Assembly (NCBI RefSeq): GCF_964355755.1
Contig: NC_092679.1
Span: forward strand, 9,330,201 to 9,394,200
Length of the DNA: 64,000 nt
Source of the DNA: Antedon mediterranea
Taxonomy: Eukaryota; Animalia; Echinodermata
Reading direction: 5' to 3'
In this document: in pieces, positions 10,401 through 24,300 of the stretch
Numbering within the stretch: position 1 is the first letter of the stretch
How the letters are laid out: each line of letters begins with the position of its first letter
The notes under the pieces: model-generated
What the model was told of the DNA's origin: nothing
Database searches by the model: none
The model's input: only the letters and a program-made list of their open reading frames with translations
Position numbers and translations under genes: made by a program

Positions 10401-13149
10401 CGTTTTTAAATACGATATTAAGCTACTTTGTGCTCTTTGATGTTTTTGTCTGAAATGTTTTATCGAAATGCTCAAAATGGTCTAAAACGGTTTCTAATGT
10501 GATTTCAAGCACTTTGATGTTTTTGTGTAACCAAGTTTTTCGAAAATCACAAAATTGTCTAAAACGTCTCCAAATGCGATTTGAAGCTATTCTGTACTCT
10601 TTGATGTTTTTATGTTAACAAGTTTTTCGAAAATCACAAAATGGTCTAAAACGTCTCCAAATGCGATTTTAAGCTATTCTAAGCACTTTGGTGTTTTTAT
10701 GTTAACAAGTTTTTTTGAAAATCACAAAATGGTCTAAAACGTCTCTAAATGCGATTTGAAGCTTTTCTGTACACTTTGATGTTTTTATGTTAACAAGTTT
10801 TTTCGAAAATCACAAAATGGTCTAAAATGTCTCCAAATGCGATTTGAAGCTATTCTAAGCACTTTGGTGTTTTTATGTTAAAAAGTTTTTTCGAAAATCA
10901 CAAAATGGTCTAAAACGTCTACAAATGCGATTTGAAGCTATTCTAAGCACTTTTGTGTTTTTATTTAAACAAATTTTTTCGAAACTCACAAAATGGTCTA
11001 AAACGTCTCCAAATGCGATTTGAAGCTATTTTAAGCACTTTGGTGTTTTTGTGTTAACAAGTTTTTCGAAATGCTCAAAATGGTCTAAAACGTTTTTAAA
11101 CACGATATTAAGCTATTTTGTGCTCTTTGATGTTTTTTTGTGAAAAGTTTTAGCAAAATGCTCAAAATGGTCTAAAACGATTTCTAATGTGATTTTAAGC
11201 ACTTTGATGTTTTTATGTTAACTAGTTTTTTTGAAAATCACAAAATGGTCTAAAACGTCTCCAAATGCGATTTGAAGCTATTTTAAGCACTTAGGTGCTT
11301 TTGTGTAACCAAGTTTTTTTGAAAATCACAAAAGGGTCTAAAATGTCTCCAAATGTGATTTGAAGCTATTTTAAGCAGTTTGGTGTTTTTGTGTTAACAA
11401 GTTTTTCGAAAATCACAAAATTGTCTAAAACGTCTCCAAATGCGATTTGAAGCTATTCTGTACACTTTGATGTTTTTATGTTAACAAGTTTTTTAGAAAA
11501 TCACAAAATGGTCTAAAACATCTCCAAATGCGATTTAAAGCTATTTTAAGCACTTTGGTGTTTTTATGTTAACAAGTTTTTTCGAAAATCACAAAATGGT
11601 CTAAAACGTCTCCAAATGCGATTTGAAGCTATTTTAAGCACTTTGGTGTTTTTGTGTTAACAAGTTTTTCGAAATGCTCAAAATGGTCTAAAACGTTTCC
11701 AAATGCGATTTGAAGCTATTCTGTACACTTTGGTGTTTTTATGTTAACAATTTTTTTCGAAAATCACAAAATGGTCTAAAACGTCTCCAAATGCGATTTG
11801 AAGCTATTCTGTACACTTTGATGTTTTGTGTGAAAATTTTCTTTTGAAATGCTCAAAATGGTCAAAAACGTTTTTAAATACGATATTAAGCTACTTTGTG
11901 CTCTTTGATGTTTTTGTGTGAAATGTTTTATCGAAATGCTCAAAATGGTCTAAAACGGTTTCTAATGCGATTTTAAGCTATTCTAAGCACTTTTGTGTTT
12001 TTATGTTAACAAGTTTTTTTGAAAATCACAAAATGGTCTAAAACGTCTCTAAATGCGATTTGAAACTTTTCTGTACACTTTGATGTTTTTATGTTAACAA
12101 CTTTTTTCGAAAATCACAAAATGGTCTAAAATGTCTCCAAATGCGATTTGAAGCTATTCTAAGCACTTTGGTGTTTTTATGGAAACAATTTTTTTCGAAA
12201 ATCACAAAATGGTCTAAAACGTCTCCAATAGCGATTTGAAGCTTTTCTGTACACTTTGATGTTTTTATGTTAACAAGTTTTTTCGAAAATCACAAAATGG
12301 TCTAAAACGTCTCCAAATGCGATTTGGAGCTATTCTGTACACTTTGATGTTTTTATGTTAACAAGTTTTTTCGAAAATCACAAAATGGTCTAAAACGTTT
12401 CCAAATGCGATTTGAAGCTATTCTGTACACTTTGATGTTTTGTGTGAAAATTTTCTGTCGAAATGCTCAAAATGGTCAAAAACGTTTTTAAATACGATAT
12501 TAAGCTACTTTGTGCTCTTTGATGTTTTTTTGTGAAATGTTTTATCGAAATGCTCAAAATGGTCTAAAACGGTTTCTAATGTGATTTCAAGAACTTTTAT
12601 GTTTTTGTGTAACCAAGATTTTCGAAAATCACAAAATTGTCTAAAACGTCTCCAAATGCGATTTGAAGCTATTCTGTACACTTTGATGTTTTTATGTTAA
12701 CAAGTTTTTCGAAAATCACAAAATGGTCTAAAACGTCTCCAAATGCGATTTTAAGCTATTCTAAGCACTTTGGTGTTTTTATGTTAACAAGTTTTTTTGA
12801 AAATCACAAAATGGTCTAAAACGTCTCTAAATGCGATTTGAAGCTTTTCTGTACACTTTGATGTTTTTATGTTAACAACTTTTTTCGAAAATCACAAAAT
12901 GGTCTAAAATGTCTCCAAATGCGATTTGAAGCTATTCTAAGCACTTTGGTGTTTTTATGGAAACAATTTTTTTCGAAAATCAGAAAATGGTCTAAAACGT
13001 CTCCAATAGCGATTTGAAGCTTTTCTGTACACTTTGGTGTTTTTATGTTAACAAGTTTTTTCAAAAATCACAAAATGGTCTAAAATGTCTCCAAATGCGA
13101 TTTGAAGCTTTTCTGTACACTTTGATGTTTTTATGTTAACAAGTTTTTT

Positions 13150-15390
13150 CGAAAATCACAAAATGGTCTAAAACGTCTACAAATGCGATTTGAAGCTATT
13201 CTAAGCACTTTTGTGTTTTTATGTTAACAAGTTTTTTCGAAAATAACAAAATGGTCTAAAACGTCTGCAAATGCGATTTGAAGCTATTTTAAGCACTTTG
13301 GTGTTTTTGTGTTAACAAGTTTTTCGAAATGCTCAAAATGGTCTAAAACGTTTCCAAATGCGATTTGAAGCTATTCTGTACACTTTGATGTTTTGTGTGA
13401 AAATTTTCTGTCGAAATGCTCAAAATGGTCAAAAACGTTTTTAAATACGATATTAAGCTACTTTGTGCTCTTTGATGTTTTTGTGTGAAATGTTTTATCG
13501 AAATGCTCAAAATGGTTTAAAACGGTTTCTAATGTGATTTCAAGCACTTTGATGTTTTTGTGTAACCAAGTTTTTCGAAAATCACAAAATTGTCTAAAAC
13601 GTCTCCAAATGCGATTTGAAGCTATTCTGTACACTTTGGTGTTTTTATGTTAACAAGTTTTTTCGAAAATCACAAAATGGTCTAAAACGTCTCCAAATGC
13701 GATTTAAAGCTATTTTAAGCACTTTTGTGTTTTTGTGTTAACAAGTTTTTCGAAAATCACAAAATGGTCTAAAACGTTTCCAAATGCGATTTGAAGCTAT
13801 TCTGTACACTTTGATGTTTTGTGTGAAAATTTTCTTTCGAAATGCTCAAAATGGTCAAAAACGTTCTTAAATACGATATTAAGCTACTTTGTGCTCTTTG
13901 ATGTTTTTGTGTGAAATGTTTTATCGAAATGCTCAAAATGGTCTAAAACGGTTTCTAATGTGATTTCAAGCACTTTGATGTTTTTGTGTAACCAAGTTTT
14001 TCGAAAATCACAAAATTGTCTAAAACGTCTCCAAATGCGATTTGAAGCTATTCTGTACACTTTGATGTTTTTATGTTAACAAGTTTTTCGAAAATCACAA
14101 AATGGTCTAAAACGTCTCCAAATGCGATTTGAAGCTATTCTGTACACTTTGATGTTTTTATGTTAACAAGTTTTTCGAAAATCACAAAATGGTCTAAAAC
14201 GTCTCTAAATGCGATTTGAAGCTTTTCTGTACACTTTGATGTTTTTATGTTAACAACTTTTTTCGAAAATCACAAAATGGTCTAAAACGTCTACAAATGC
14301 GATTTGAAGCTATTCTAAGCACTTTTGTGTTTTTATGTTAACAAGTTTTTTCGAAAATAACAAAATGGTCTAAAACGTCTGCAAATGCGATTTGAAGCTA
14401 TTTTAAGCACTTTGGTGTTTTTGTGTTAACAAGTTTTTCGAAATGCTCAAAATGGTCTAAAACGTTTCCAAATGCGATTTGAAGCTATTCTGTACACTTT
14501 GATGTTTTGTGTGAAAATTTTCTGTCGAAATGCTCAAAATGGTCAAAAACGTTTTTAAATACGATATTAAGCTACTTTGTGCTCTTTGATGTTTTTGTGT
14601 GAAATGTTTTATCGAAATGCTCAAAATGGTTTAAAACGGTTTCTAATGTGATTTCAAGCACTTTGATGTTTTTGTGTAACCAAGTTTTTCGAAAATCACA
14701 AAATTGTCTAAAACGTCTCCAAATGCGATTTGAAGCTATTCTGTACACTTTGGTGTTTTTATGTTAACAAGTTTTTTCGAAAATCACAAAATGGTCTAAA
14801 ACGTCTCCAAATGCGATTTAAAGCTATTTTAAGCACTTTTGTGTTTTTGTATTAACAAGTTTTTCGAAAATCACAAAATGGTCTAAAACGTTTCCAAATG
14901 CGATTTGAAGCTATTCTGTACACTTTGATGTTTTGTGTGAAAATTTTCTTTCGAAATGCTCAAAATGGTCAAAAAAGTTTTTAAATACGATATTAAGCTA
15001 CTTTGTGCTCTTTGATGTTTTTGTGTGAAATGTTTTATCGAAATGCTCAAAATGGTCTAAAACGGTTTCTAATGTGATTTCAAGCACTTTGATGTTTTTG
15101 TGTAACCAAGTTTTTCGAAAATCACAAAATTGTCTAAAACGTCTCCAAATGCGATTTGAAGCTATTCTGTACACTTTGATGTTTTTATGTTAACAAGTTT
15201 TTCGAAAATCACAAAATGGTCTAAAACGTCTCCAAATGCGATTTGAAGCTATTCTGTACACTTTGATGTTTTTATGTTAACAAGTTTTTCGAAAATCACA
15301 AAATGGTCTAAAACGTCTCTAAATGCGATTTGAAGCTTTTCTGTACACTTTGATGTTTTTATGTTAACAACTTTTTTCGAAAATCACAAA
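13150..15390. repeat. About 13-monomer (1114 bp) tandem duplication
   Basis: Rare variants AAATAACAAA (13244/14358) and GGTTTAAAACGG (~13514/14628) repeat at a 1114 bp offset. Confidence 0.88.
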
Positions 15391-18300
15391 ATGGTCTAAA
15401 ATGTCTCCAAATGCGATTTGAAGCTATTCTAAGCACTTTGATGTTTTTATGTTACCAAGTTTTTTCGAAAATCACAAAATGGTCTAAAATGTCTCCAATA
15501 GCGATTTTAAGCTATTCTGTACACTTTGATGTTTTTATGTTAACAAGTTTTTCGAAAATCACAAAATGGTCTAAAACGTCTCCAAATGCGATTTTAAGCT
15601 ATTCTAAGCACTTTGGTGTTTTTATGTTAACAAGTTTTTTTGAAAATCACAAAATGGTCTAAAACGTCTCTAAATGCGATTTGAAGCTTTTCTGTACACT
15701 TTGATGTTTTTATGTTAACAACTTTTTTCGAAAATCACAAAATGGTCTAAAATGTCTCCAAATGCGATTTGAAGCTATTCTAAGCACTTTGGTGTTTTTA
15801 TGGAAACAATTTTTTTCGAAAATCACAAAATGGTCTAAAACGTCTCCAATAGCGATTTGAAGCTTTTCTGTACACTTTGGTGTTTTTATGTTAACAAGTT
15901 TTTTCGAAAATCACAAAATGGTCTAAAACGTCTCCAAATGCGATTTGAAGCTAATCTGTACACTTTGATGTTTTTATGTTAACAAGTTTTTTCGAAGATC
16001 ACAAAATGGTCTAAAACGTCTACAAATGCAATTTGAAGCTATTCTAAGCACTTTTGTGTTTTTATGTTAACAGGTTTTTTCGAAAATCACAAAATGGTCT
16101 AAAACGTCTGCAAATGCGATTTTAAACTATTCTTAGCACATTGGTGTTTTTATTTAAACAAATTTTTTCGAAACTCACAAAATGGTCTAAAACGTCTCCA
16201 AATGCGATTTGAAGCTATTTTAAGCACTTTGGTGTTTTTGTGTTAACAAGTTTTTCGAAATGCTCAAAATGGTCTAAAACGTTTTTAAACACGATATTAA
16301 GCTATTTTGTGCTCTTTGGTGTTTTTTTGTGAAAAGTTTTAGCAAAATGCTCAAAATGGTCTAAAACGATTTCTAATGTGATTTTAAGCACTTTGATGTT
16401 TTTATGTTAACTAGTTTTTTCGAAAATCACAAAATGGTCTAAAACGTCTCCAAATGCGATTTGAAGCTATTTTAAGCACTTAAGTGCTTTTGTGTAACCA
16501 AGTTTTTTTGAAAATCACAAAAGGGTCTAAAATGTCTCCAAATGTGATTTGAAGCTATTTTAAGCACTTTGGTGTTTTTGTGTTAACAAGTTTTTCGGAA
16601 ATCACAAAATTGTCTAAAACGTCTCCAAATGCGATTTGAAGCTATTCTGTACACTTTGATGTTTTTATGTTAACAAGTTTTTTAGAAAATCACAAAATGG
16701 TCTAAAACATCTCCAAATGCGATTTAAAGCTATTTTAAGCACTTTGGTGTTTTTATGTTAACAAGTTTTTTCGAAAATCACAAAATGGTCTAAAACGTCT
16801 CCAAATGCGATTTGAAGCTATTTTAAGCACTTTGGTGTTTTTGTGTTAACAAGTTTTTCGAAATGCTCAAAATGGTCTAAAACGTTTCCAAATGCGATTT
16901 GAAGCTATTCTGTACACTTTGATGTTTTGTGTGAAAATTTTCTGTCGAAATGCTCAAAATGGTCAAAAACGTTTTTAAATACGATATTAAGCTACTTTGT
17001 GCTCTTTGATGTTTTTGTGTGAAATGTTTTATCGAAATGCTCAAAATGGTCTAAAACGGTTTCTAATGTGATTTCAAGCACTTTGATGTTTTTGTGTAAC
17101 CAAGTTTTTCGAAAATCACAAAATTGTCTAAAACGTCTCCAAATGCGATTTGAAGCTATTCTGTACTCTTTGATGTTTTTATGTTAACAAGTTTTTCGAA
17201 AATCACAAAATGGTCTAAAACGTCTCCAAATGCGATTTTAAGCTATTCTAAGCACTTTGGTGTTTTTATGTTAACAAGTTTTTTTGAAATCACAAAATGG
17301 TCTAAAACGTCTCTAAATGAGATTTGAAGCTTTTCTGTACATTTTGATGTTTTTATGTTAACAAGTTTTTTCGAAAATCACAAAATGGTCTAAAATGTCT
17401 CCAAATGCGATTTGAAGCTATTCTAAGCACTTTGGTGTTTTTATGGAAACAATTTTTTTCGAAAATCACAAAATGGTCTAAAACGTCTCCAAATGTGATT
17501 TGAAGCTATTCTGTACACTTTGATGTTTTTATGTTAGCAAGTTTTTTCGAAAATCACAAAATGGTCTAAAACGTCTACAAATGCGATTTGAAGCTAATCT
17601 GTACACTTTGATGTTTTTATGTTAACAAGTTTTTTCGAAAATCACAAAAGGGTCTAAAATGTCTGTAAATGCGATTTGAAGCTATTTAAAGCACTTTGGT
17701 GTTTTTAGGTTAACAAGTTTTTTCGAAAATCACAAAAGGGTCTAAAATGTCTGTAAATGCGATTTGAAGCTATTTAAAGCACTTTGGTGTTTTTAGGTTA
17801 ACAAGTTTTTTCGAAAATCACAAAATGGTCTAAAACGTCTACAAATGCGATTTGAAGCTATTCTAAGCACTTTTGTGTTTTTATGTTAACAAGTTTTTTC
17901 GAAAATCACAAAATGGTCTAAAATGTCTCCAAATGCGATTTGAAGCTATTCTAAGCACTTTGGTGTTTTTATGGAAACAATTTTTTTCGAAAATCACAAA
18001 ATGGTCTAAAACGTCTCCAAATGTGATTTGAAGCTATTCTGTACACTTTGATGTTTTTATGTTAGCAAGTTTTTTCGAAAATCACAAAATGGTCTAAAAC
18101 GTCTACAAATGCGATTTGTAGCTAATCTGTACACTTTGATGTTTTTATGTTAACAAGTTTTTTCGAAAATCACAAAAGGGTCTAAAATGTCTGTAAATGC
18201 GATTTGAAGCTATTTAAAGCACTTTGGTGTTTTTAGATTAACAAGTTTTTTCGAAAATCACAAAATGGTCTAAAACGTCTACAAATGCGATTTGAAGCTA

Positions 18301-21300
18301 TTCTAAGCACTTTTGTGTTTTTATGTTAACAAGTTTTTTCGAAAATCACAAAATGGTCTAAAACGTCTCCAAATGCGATTTGAAGCTATTTTAAGCACTT
18401 TGGTGTTTTTGTGTTAACAAGTTTTTCGAAAATCACAAAATGGTCTAAAACGTTTCCAAATGCGATTTGAAGCTATTCTGTACACTTTGATGTTTTGTGT
18501 GAAAATTTTCTTTCGAAATGCTCAAAATGGTCAAAAACGTTTTTAAATACGATATTAAGCTACTTTGTGCTCTTTGATGTTTTTGTGTGAAATGTTTTAT
18601 CGAAATGCTCAAAATGGTCTAAAACGGTTTCTAATGTGATTTCAAGCACTTTGATGTTTTTGTGTAACCAAGTTTTTCGAAAATCACAAAATTGTCTAAA
18701 ACGTCTCCAAATGCGATTTGAAGCTATTCTGTACACTTTGATGTTTTTATGTTAACAAGTTTTTCGAAAATCACAAAATGGTCTAAAACGTCTCTAAATG
18801 CGATTTGAAGCTTTTCTGTACACTTTAATGTTTTTATGTTAACTTTTTTCGAAAATCACAAAATGGTCTAAATTTTCTCCAAATGCGATTTGAAGCTATT
18901 CTAAGCACTTTGATGTTTTTATGTTAACAAGTTTTTTCGAAAATCACTAAATGGTCTAAAACGTCTCCAATAGCGATTTTAAGCTATTCTGTACACTTTG
19001 ATGTTTTTATGTTAACAAGTTTTTCGAAAATCACAAAATGGTCTAAAATGCGATTTTAAGCTATTCTAAGCACTTTGGTGTTTTTATGTTAACAAGTTTT
19101 TTTGAAAATCACAAAATGGTCTAAAACGTCTCTAAATGCGATTTGAAGCTTTTCTGTACACTTTGATGTTTTTATGTTAACAACTTTTTTCGAAAATCAC
19201 AAAATGGTCTAAAATGTCTCCAAATGCGATTTGAAGCTATTCTAAGCACTTTGGTGTTTTTATGGAAACAATTTTTTTCGAAAATCACAAAATGGTCTAA
19301 AACGTCTCCAATAGCGATTTGAAGCTTTTCTGTACACTTTGGTGTTTTTATGTTAACAAGTTTTTTCGAAAATCACAAAATGGTCTAAAACGTCTCCAAA
19401 TGCGATTTGAAGCTAATCTGTACACTTTGATGTTTTTATGTTAACAAGTTTTTTCGAAAATCACAAAATGGTCTAAAACGTTTCAAAATGCGATTTGAAG
19501 CTTTTCTTTACACTTTGGTGTTTTTATGTTAACAAGTTTTTTCGAAAATCACAAAATGGTCTAAAACGTCTCCAAATGCGATTTGAAGCTATTCTGTACA
19601 CTTTGATGTTTTTATGTTAACAAGTTTTTTCGAAGATCACAAAATTGTCTAAAACGTCTGCAAATGCAATTTGAAGCTATTCTAAACACTTTTGTGTTTT
19701 TATGTTAACAAGTTTTTTTCGAAAATCACAAAATGGTCTAAAACGTCTGCAAATGCGATTTTAAACTATTCTTAGCACATTGGTGTTTTTATTTAAACAA
19801 ATTTATTCGAAACTCACAAAATGGTCTAAAACGTCTCCAAATGTGATTTGAAGCTATTTTAAGCACTTTGGTGTTTTTGTGTTAACAAGTTTTTCGAAAT
19901 GCTCAAAATGGTCTAAAACGTTTTTAAACACGATATTAAGCTATTTTGTGCTCTTTGATGTTTTTTTGTGAAAAGTTTTAGCAAAATGCTCAAAATGGTC
20001 TAAAACGATTTCTAATGTGATTTTAAGCACTTTGATGTTTTTATGTTAACTAGTTTTTTCGAAAATCACAAAATGGTCTAAAACGTCTCCAAATGCGATT
20101 TGAAGCTATTTTAAGCACTTAGGTGCTTTTGTGTAACCAAGTTTTTTTGAAAATCACAAAAGGGTCTAAAATGTCTCCAAATGTGATTTGAAGCTATTTT
20201 AAGCACTTTGGTGTTTTTGTGTTAACAAGTTTTTCGGAAATCACAAAATTGTCTAAAACGTCTCCAAATGCGATTTGAAGCTATTCTGTACACTTTGATG
20301 TTTTTATGTTAACAAGTTTTTTAGAAAATCACAAAATGGTCTAAAACATCTCCAAATGCGATTTAAAGCTATTTTAAGCACTTTGGTGTTTTTATGTTAA
20401 CAAGTTTTTTCGAAAATCACAAAATGGTCTAAAACGTCTCCAAATGCGATTTGAAGCTATTTTAAGCACTTTGGTGTTTTTGTGTTAACAAGTTTTTCGA
20501 AATGCTCAAAATGGTCTAAAACGTTTCCAAATGCGATTTGAAGCTATTCTGTACACTTTGATGTTTTGTGTGAAAATTTTCTGTCGAAATGCTCAAAATG
20601 GTCAAAAACGTTTTTAAATACGATATTAAGCTACTTTGTGCTCTTTGATGTTTTTGTGTGAAATGTTTTATCGAAATGCTCAAAATGGTCTAAAACGGTT
20701 TCTAATGTGATTTCAAGCACTTTGATGTTTTTGTGTAACCAAGTTTTTCGAAAATCACAAAATTGTCTAAAACGTCTCCAAATGCGATTTGAAGCTATTC
20801 TGTACTCTTTGATTTTTTTATTTTAACAAGTTTTTCGAAAATCACAAAATGGTCTAAAACGTCTCCAAATGCGATTTTAAGCTATTCTAAGCACTTTGGT
20901 GTTTTTATGTTATAACAAGTTTTTTTGAAAATCACAAAATGGTCTAAAACGTCTCTAAATGAGATTTGAAGCTTTTCTGTACACTTTGATGTTTTTATGT
21001 TAACAAGTTTTTTCGAAAATCACAAAATGGTCTAAAATGTCTCCAAATGCGATTTGAAGCTATTCTAAGCACTTTGGTGTTTTTATGGAAACAATTTTTT
21101 TCGAAAATCACAAAATGGTCTAAAACGTCTCCAAATGTGATTTGAAGCTATTCTGTACACTTTGATGTTTTTATGTTAACAAGTTTTTTCGAAAATCACA
21201 AAATGGTCTAAAACGTCTACAAATGCGATTTGAAGCTATACTGTACACTTTGATGCTTTTATGTTAACAAGTTTTTTCGAAAATCACAAAATGGTCTAAA

Positions 21301-24300
21301 ACGTTTCCAAATGCGATTTGAAGCTATTCTGTACACTTTGATGTTTTGTGTGAAAATTTTCTGTCGAAATGCTCAAAATGGTCAAAAACGTTTTTAAATA
21401 CGATATTAAGCTACTTTGTGCTCTTTGATGTTTTTGTGTGAAATGTTTTATCGAAATGCTCAAAATGGTCTAAAACGGTTTCTAATGTGATTTCAAGCAC
21501 TTTGATGTTTTTGTGTAACCAAGTTTTTCGAAAATCACAAAATTGTCTAAAACGTCTCCAAATGCGATTTGAAGCTATTCTGTACACTTTGATGTTTTTA
21601 TGTTAACAAGTTTTTCGAAAATCACAAAATGGTCTAAAACGTCTCCAAATGCGATTTGAAGCTATTCTGTACACTTTGATGTTTTTATGTTAACAAGTTT
21701 TTCGAAAATCACAAAATGGTCTAAAACGTCTCTAAATGCGATTTGAAGCTTTTCTGTACACTTTGATGTTTTTATGTTAACAACTTTTTTCGAAAATCAC
21801 AAAATGGTCTAAAATGTCTCCAAATGCGATTTGAAGCTATTCTAAGCACTTTGGTGTTTTTATGTTAACAAGTTTTTTCGAAAATCACAAAATGGTCTAA
21901 AACGTCTCCAAATGCGATTTGAAGCTATTCTGTACACTTTGATGTTTTTATGTTAACAAGTTTTTTCGAAAATCACAAAATGGTCTAAAACGTCTACAAA
22001 TGCGATTTGAAGCTATTCTGTACACTTTGATGTTTTTATGTTAACAAGTTTTTTCGAAAATCACAAAATGGTCTAAAACGTTTCCAAATGCGATTTGAAG
22101 CTATTCTGTACACTTTGATGTTTTGTGTGAAAATTTTCTTTCGAAATGCTCAAAATGGTCAAAAACGTTTTTAAATACGATATTAAGCTACTTTGTGCTC
22201 TTTGATGTTTTTGTGTGAAATGTTTTATCGAAATGCTCAAAATGGTCTAAAACGGTTTCTAATGTGATTTCAAGCACTTTGATGTTTTTGTGTAACCAAG
22301 TTTTTCGAAAATCACAAAATTGTCTAAAACGTCTCCAAATGCGATTTGAAGCTATTCTGTACACTTTGATGTTTTTATGTTAACAAGTTTTTCGAAAATC
22401 ACAAAATGGTCTAAAACGTCTCCAAATGCGATTTTAAGCTATTCTAAGCACTTTGGTGTTTTTATGTTAACAAGTTTTTTTGAAAATCACAAAATGGTCT
22501 AAAACGTCTCTAAATGCGATTTGAAGCTATTCTGTACACTTTGATGTTTTTATGTTAACAAGTTTTTTCGAAAATCACAAAATGGTCTAAAACGTCTACA
22601 AATGCGATTTGAAGCTATTCTATGCACTTTGGTGTTTTTATGGAAACAATTTTTTTCGAAAATCACAAAATGGTCTAAAACGTTTCCAAATGCGATTTGA
22701 AGCTATTCTGTACACTTTGATGTTTTGTGTGAAAATTTTCTGTCGAAATGCTCAAAATGGTCAAAAACGTTTTTAAATACGATATTAAGCTACTTTGTGC
22801 TCTTTGATGTTTTTGTGTGAAATGTTTTATCGAAATGCTCAAAATGGTCTAAAACGGTTTCTAATGTTATTTCAAGCACTTTGATGTTTTTGTGTAACCA
22901 AGTTTTTTGAAAATCACAAAATTGTCTAAAACGTCTCCAAATGCGATTTGAAGCTATTCTGTACACTTTGATGTTTTTATGTTAACAAGTTTTTCGAAAA
23001 TCACAAAATGGTCTAAAACGTGTCTCCAAATGCGATTTTAAGCTATTCTAAGCACTTTGGTGTTTTTATGTTAACAACTTTTTTCGAAAATCACAAAATG
23101 GTCTAAAATGTCTCCAAATGCGATTTGAAGCTATTCTAAGCACTTTGGTGTTTTTATGTTAACAAGTTTTTTCGAAAATCACAAAATGGTCTAAAACGTC
23201 TCCAAATGCGATTTGAAGCTATTCTGTACACTTTGATGTTTTTATGTTAACAAGTTTTTTCGAAAATCACAAAATGGTCTAAAACGTCTACAAATGCGAT
23301 TTGAAGCTATTCTGTACACTTTGATGTTTTTATGTTAACAAGTTTTTTCGAAAATCACAAAATGGTCTAAAACGTTTCCAAATGCGATTTGAAGCTATTC
23401 TGTACACTTTGATGTTTTGTGTGAAAATTTTCTTTCGAAATGCTCAAAATGGTCAAAAACGTTTTTAAATACGATATTAAGCTACTTTGTGCTCTTTGAT
23501 GTTTTTGTGTGAAATGTTTTATCGAAATGCTCAAAATGGTCTAAAACGGTTTCTAATGTGATTTCAAGCACTTTGATGTTTTTGTGTAACCAAGTTTTTC
23601 GAAAATCACAAAATTGTCTAAAACGTCTCCAAATGCGATTTGAAGCTATTCTGTACACTTTGATGTTTTTATGTTAACAAGTTTTTCGAAAATCACAAAA
23701 TGGTCTAAAACGTCTCCAAATGCGATTTGAAGCTATTCTGTACACTTTGATGTTTTTATGTTAACAAGTTTTTCGAAAATCACAAAATGGTCTAAAACGT
23801 CTCTAAATGCGATTTGAAGCTTTTCTGTACACTTTGATGTTTTTATGTTAACAACTTTTTTCGAAAATCACAAAATGGTCTAAAATGTCTCCAAATGCGA
23901 TTTGAAGCTATTCTAAGCACTTTGATGTTTTTATGTTACCAAGTTTTTTTGAAAATCACAAAATGGTCTAAAATGTCTCCAATAGCGATTTTAAGCTATT
24001 CTGTACACTTTGATGTTTTTATGTTAACAAGTTTTTCGAAAATCACAAAATGGTCTAAAACGTCTCCAAATGCGATTTTAAGCTATTCTAAGCACTTTGG
24101 TGTTTTTATGTTAACAAGTTTTTTTGAAAATCACAAAATGGTCTAAAACGTCTCTAAATGCGATTTGAAGCTTTTCTGTACACTTTGATGTTTTTATGTT
24201 AACAACTTTTTTCGAAAATCACAAAATGGTCTAAAATGTCTCCAAATGCGATTTGAAGCTATTCTAAGCACTTTGGTGTTTTTATGGAAACAATTTTTTT

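Noticed and set aside
12867-13064. 65-aa minus-strand ORF
   Set aside because: Antisense reading of satellite monomers opened by private SNPs; no ATG start and no coding signal.
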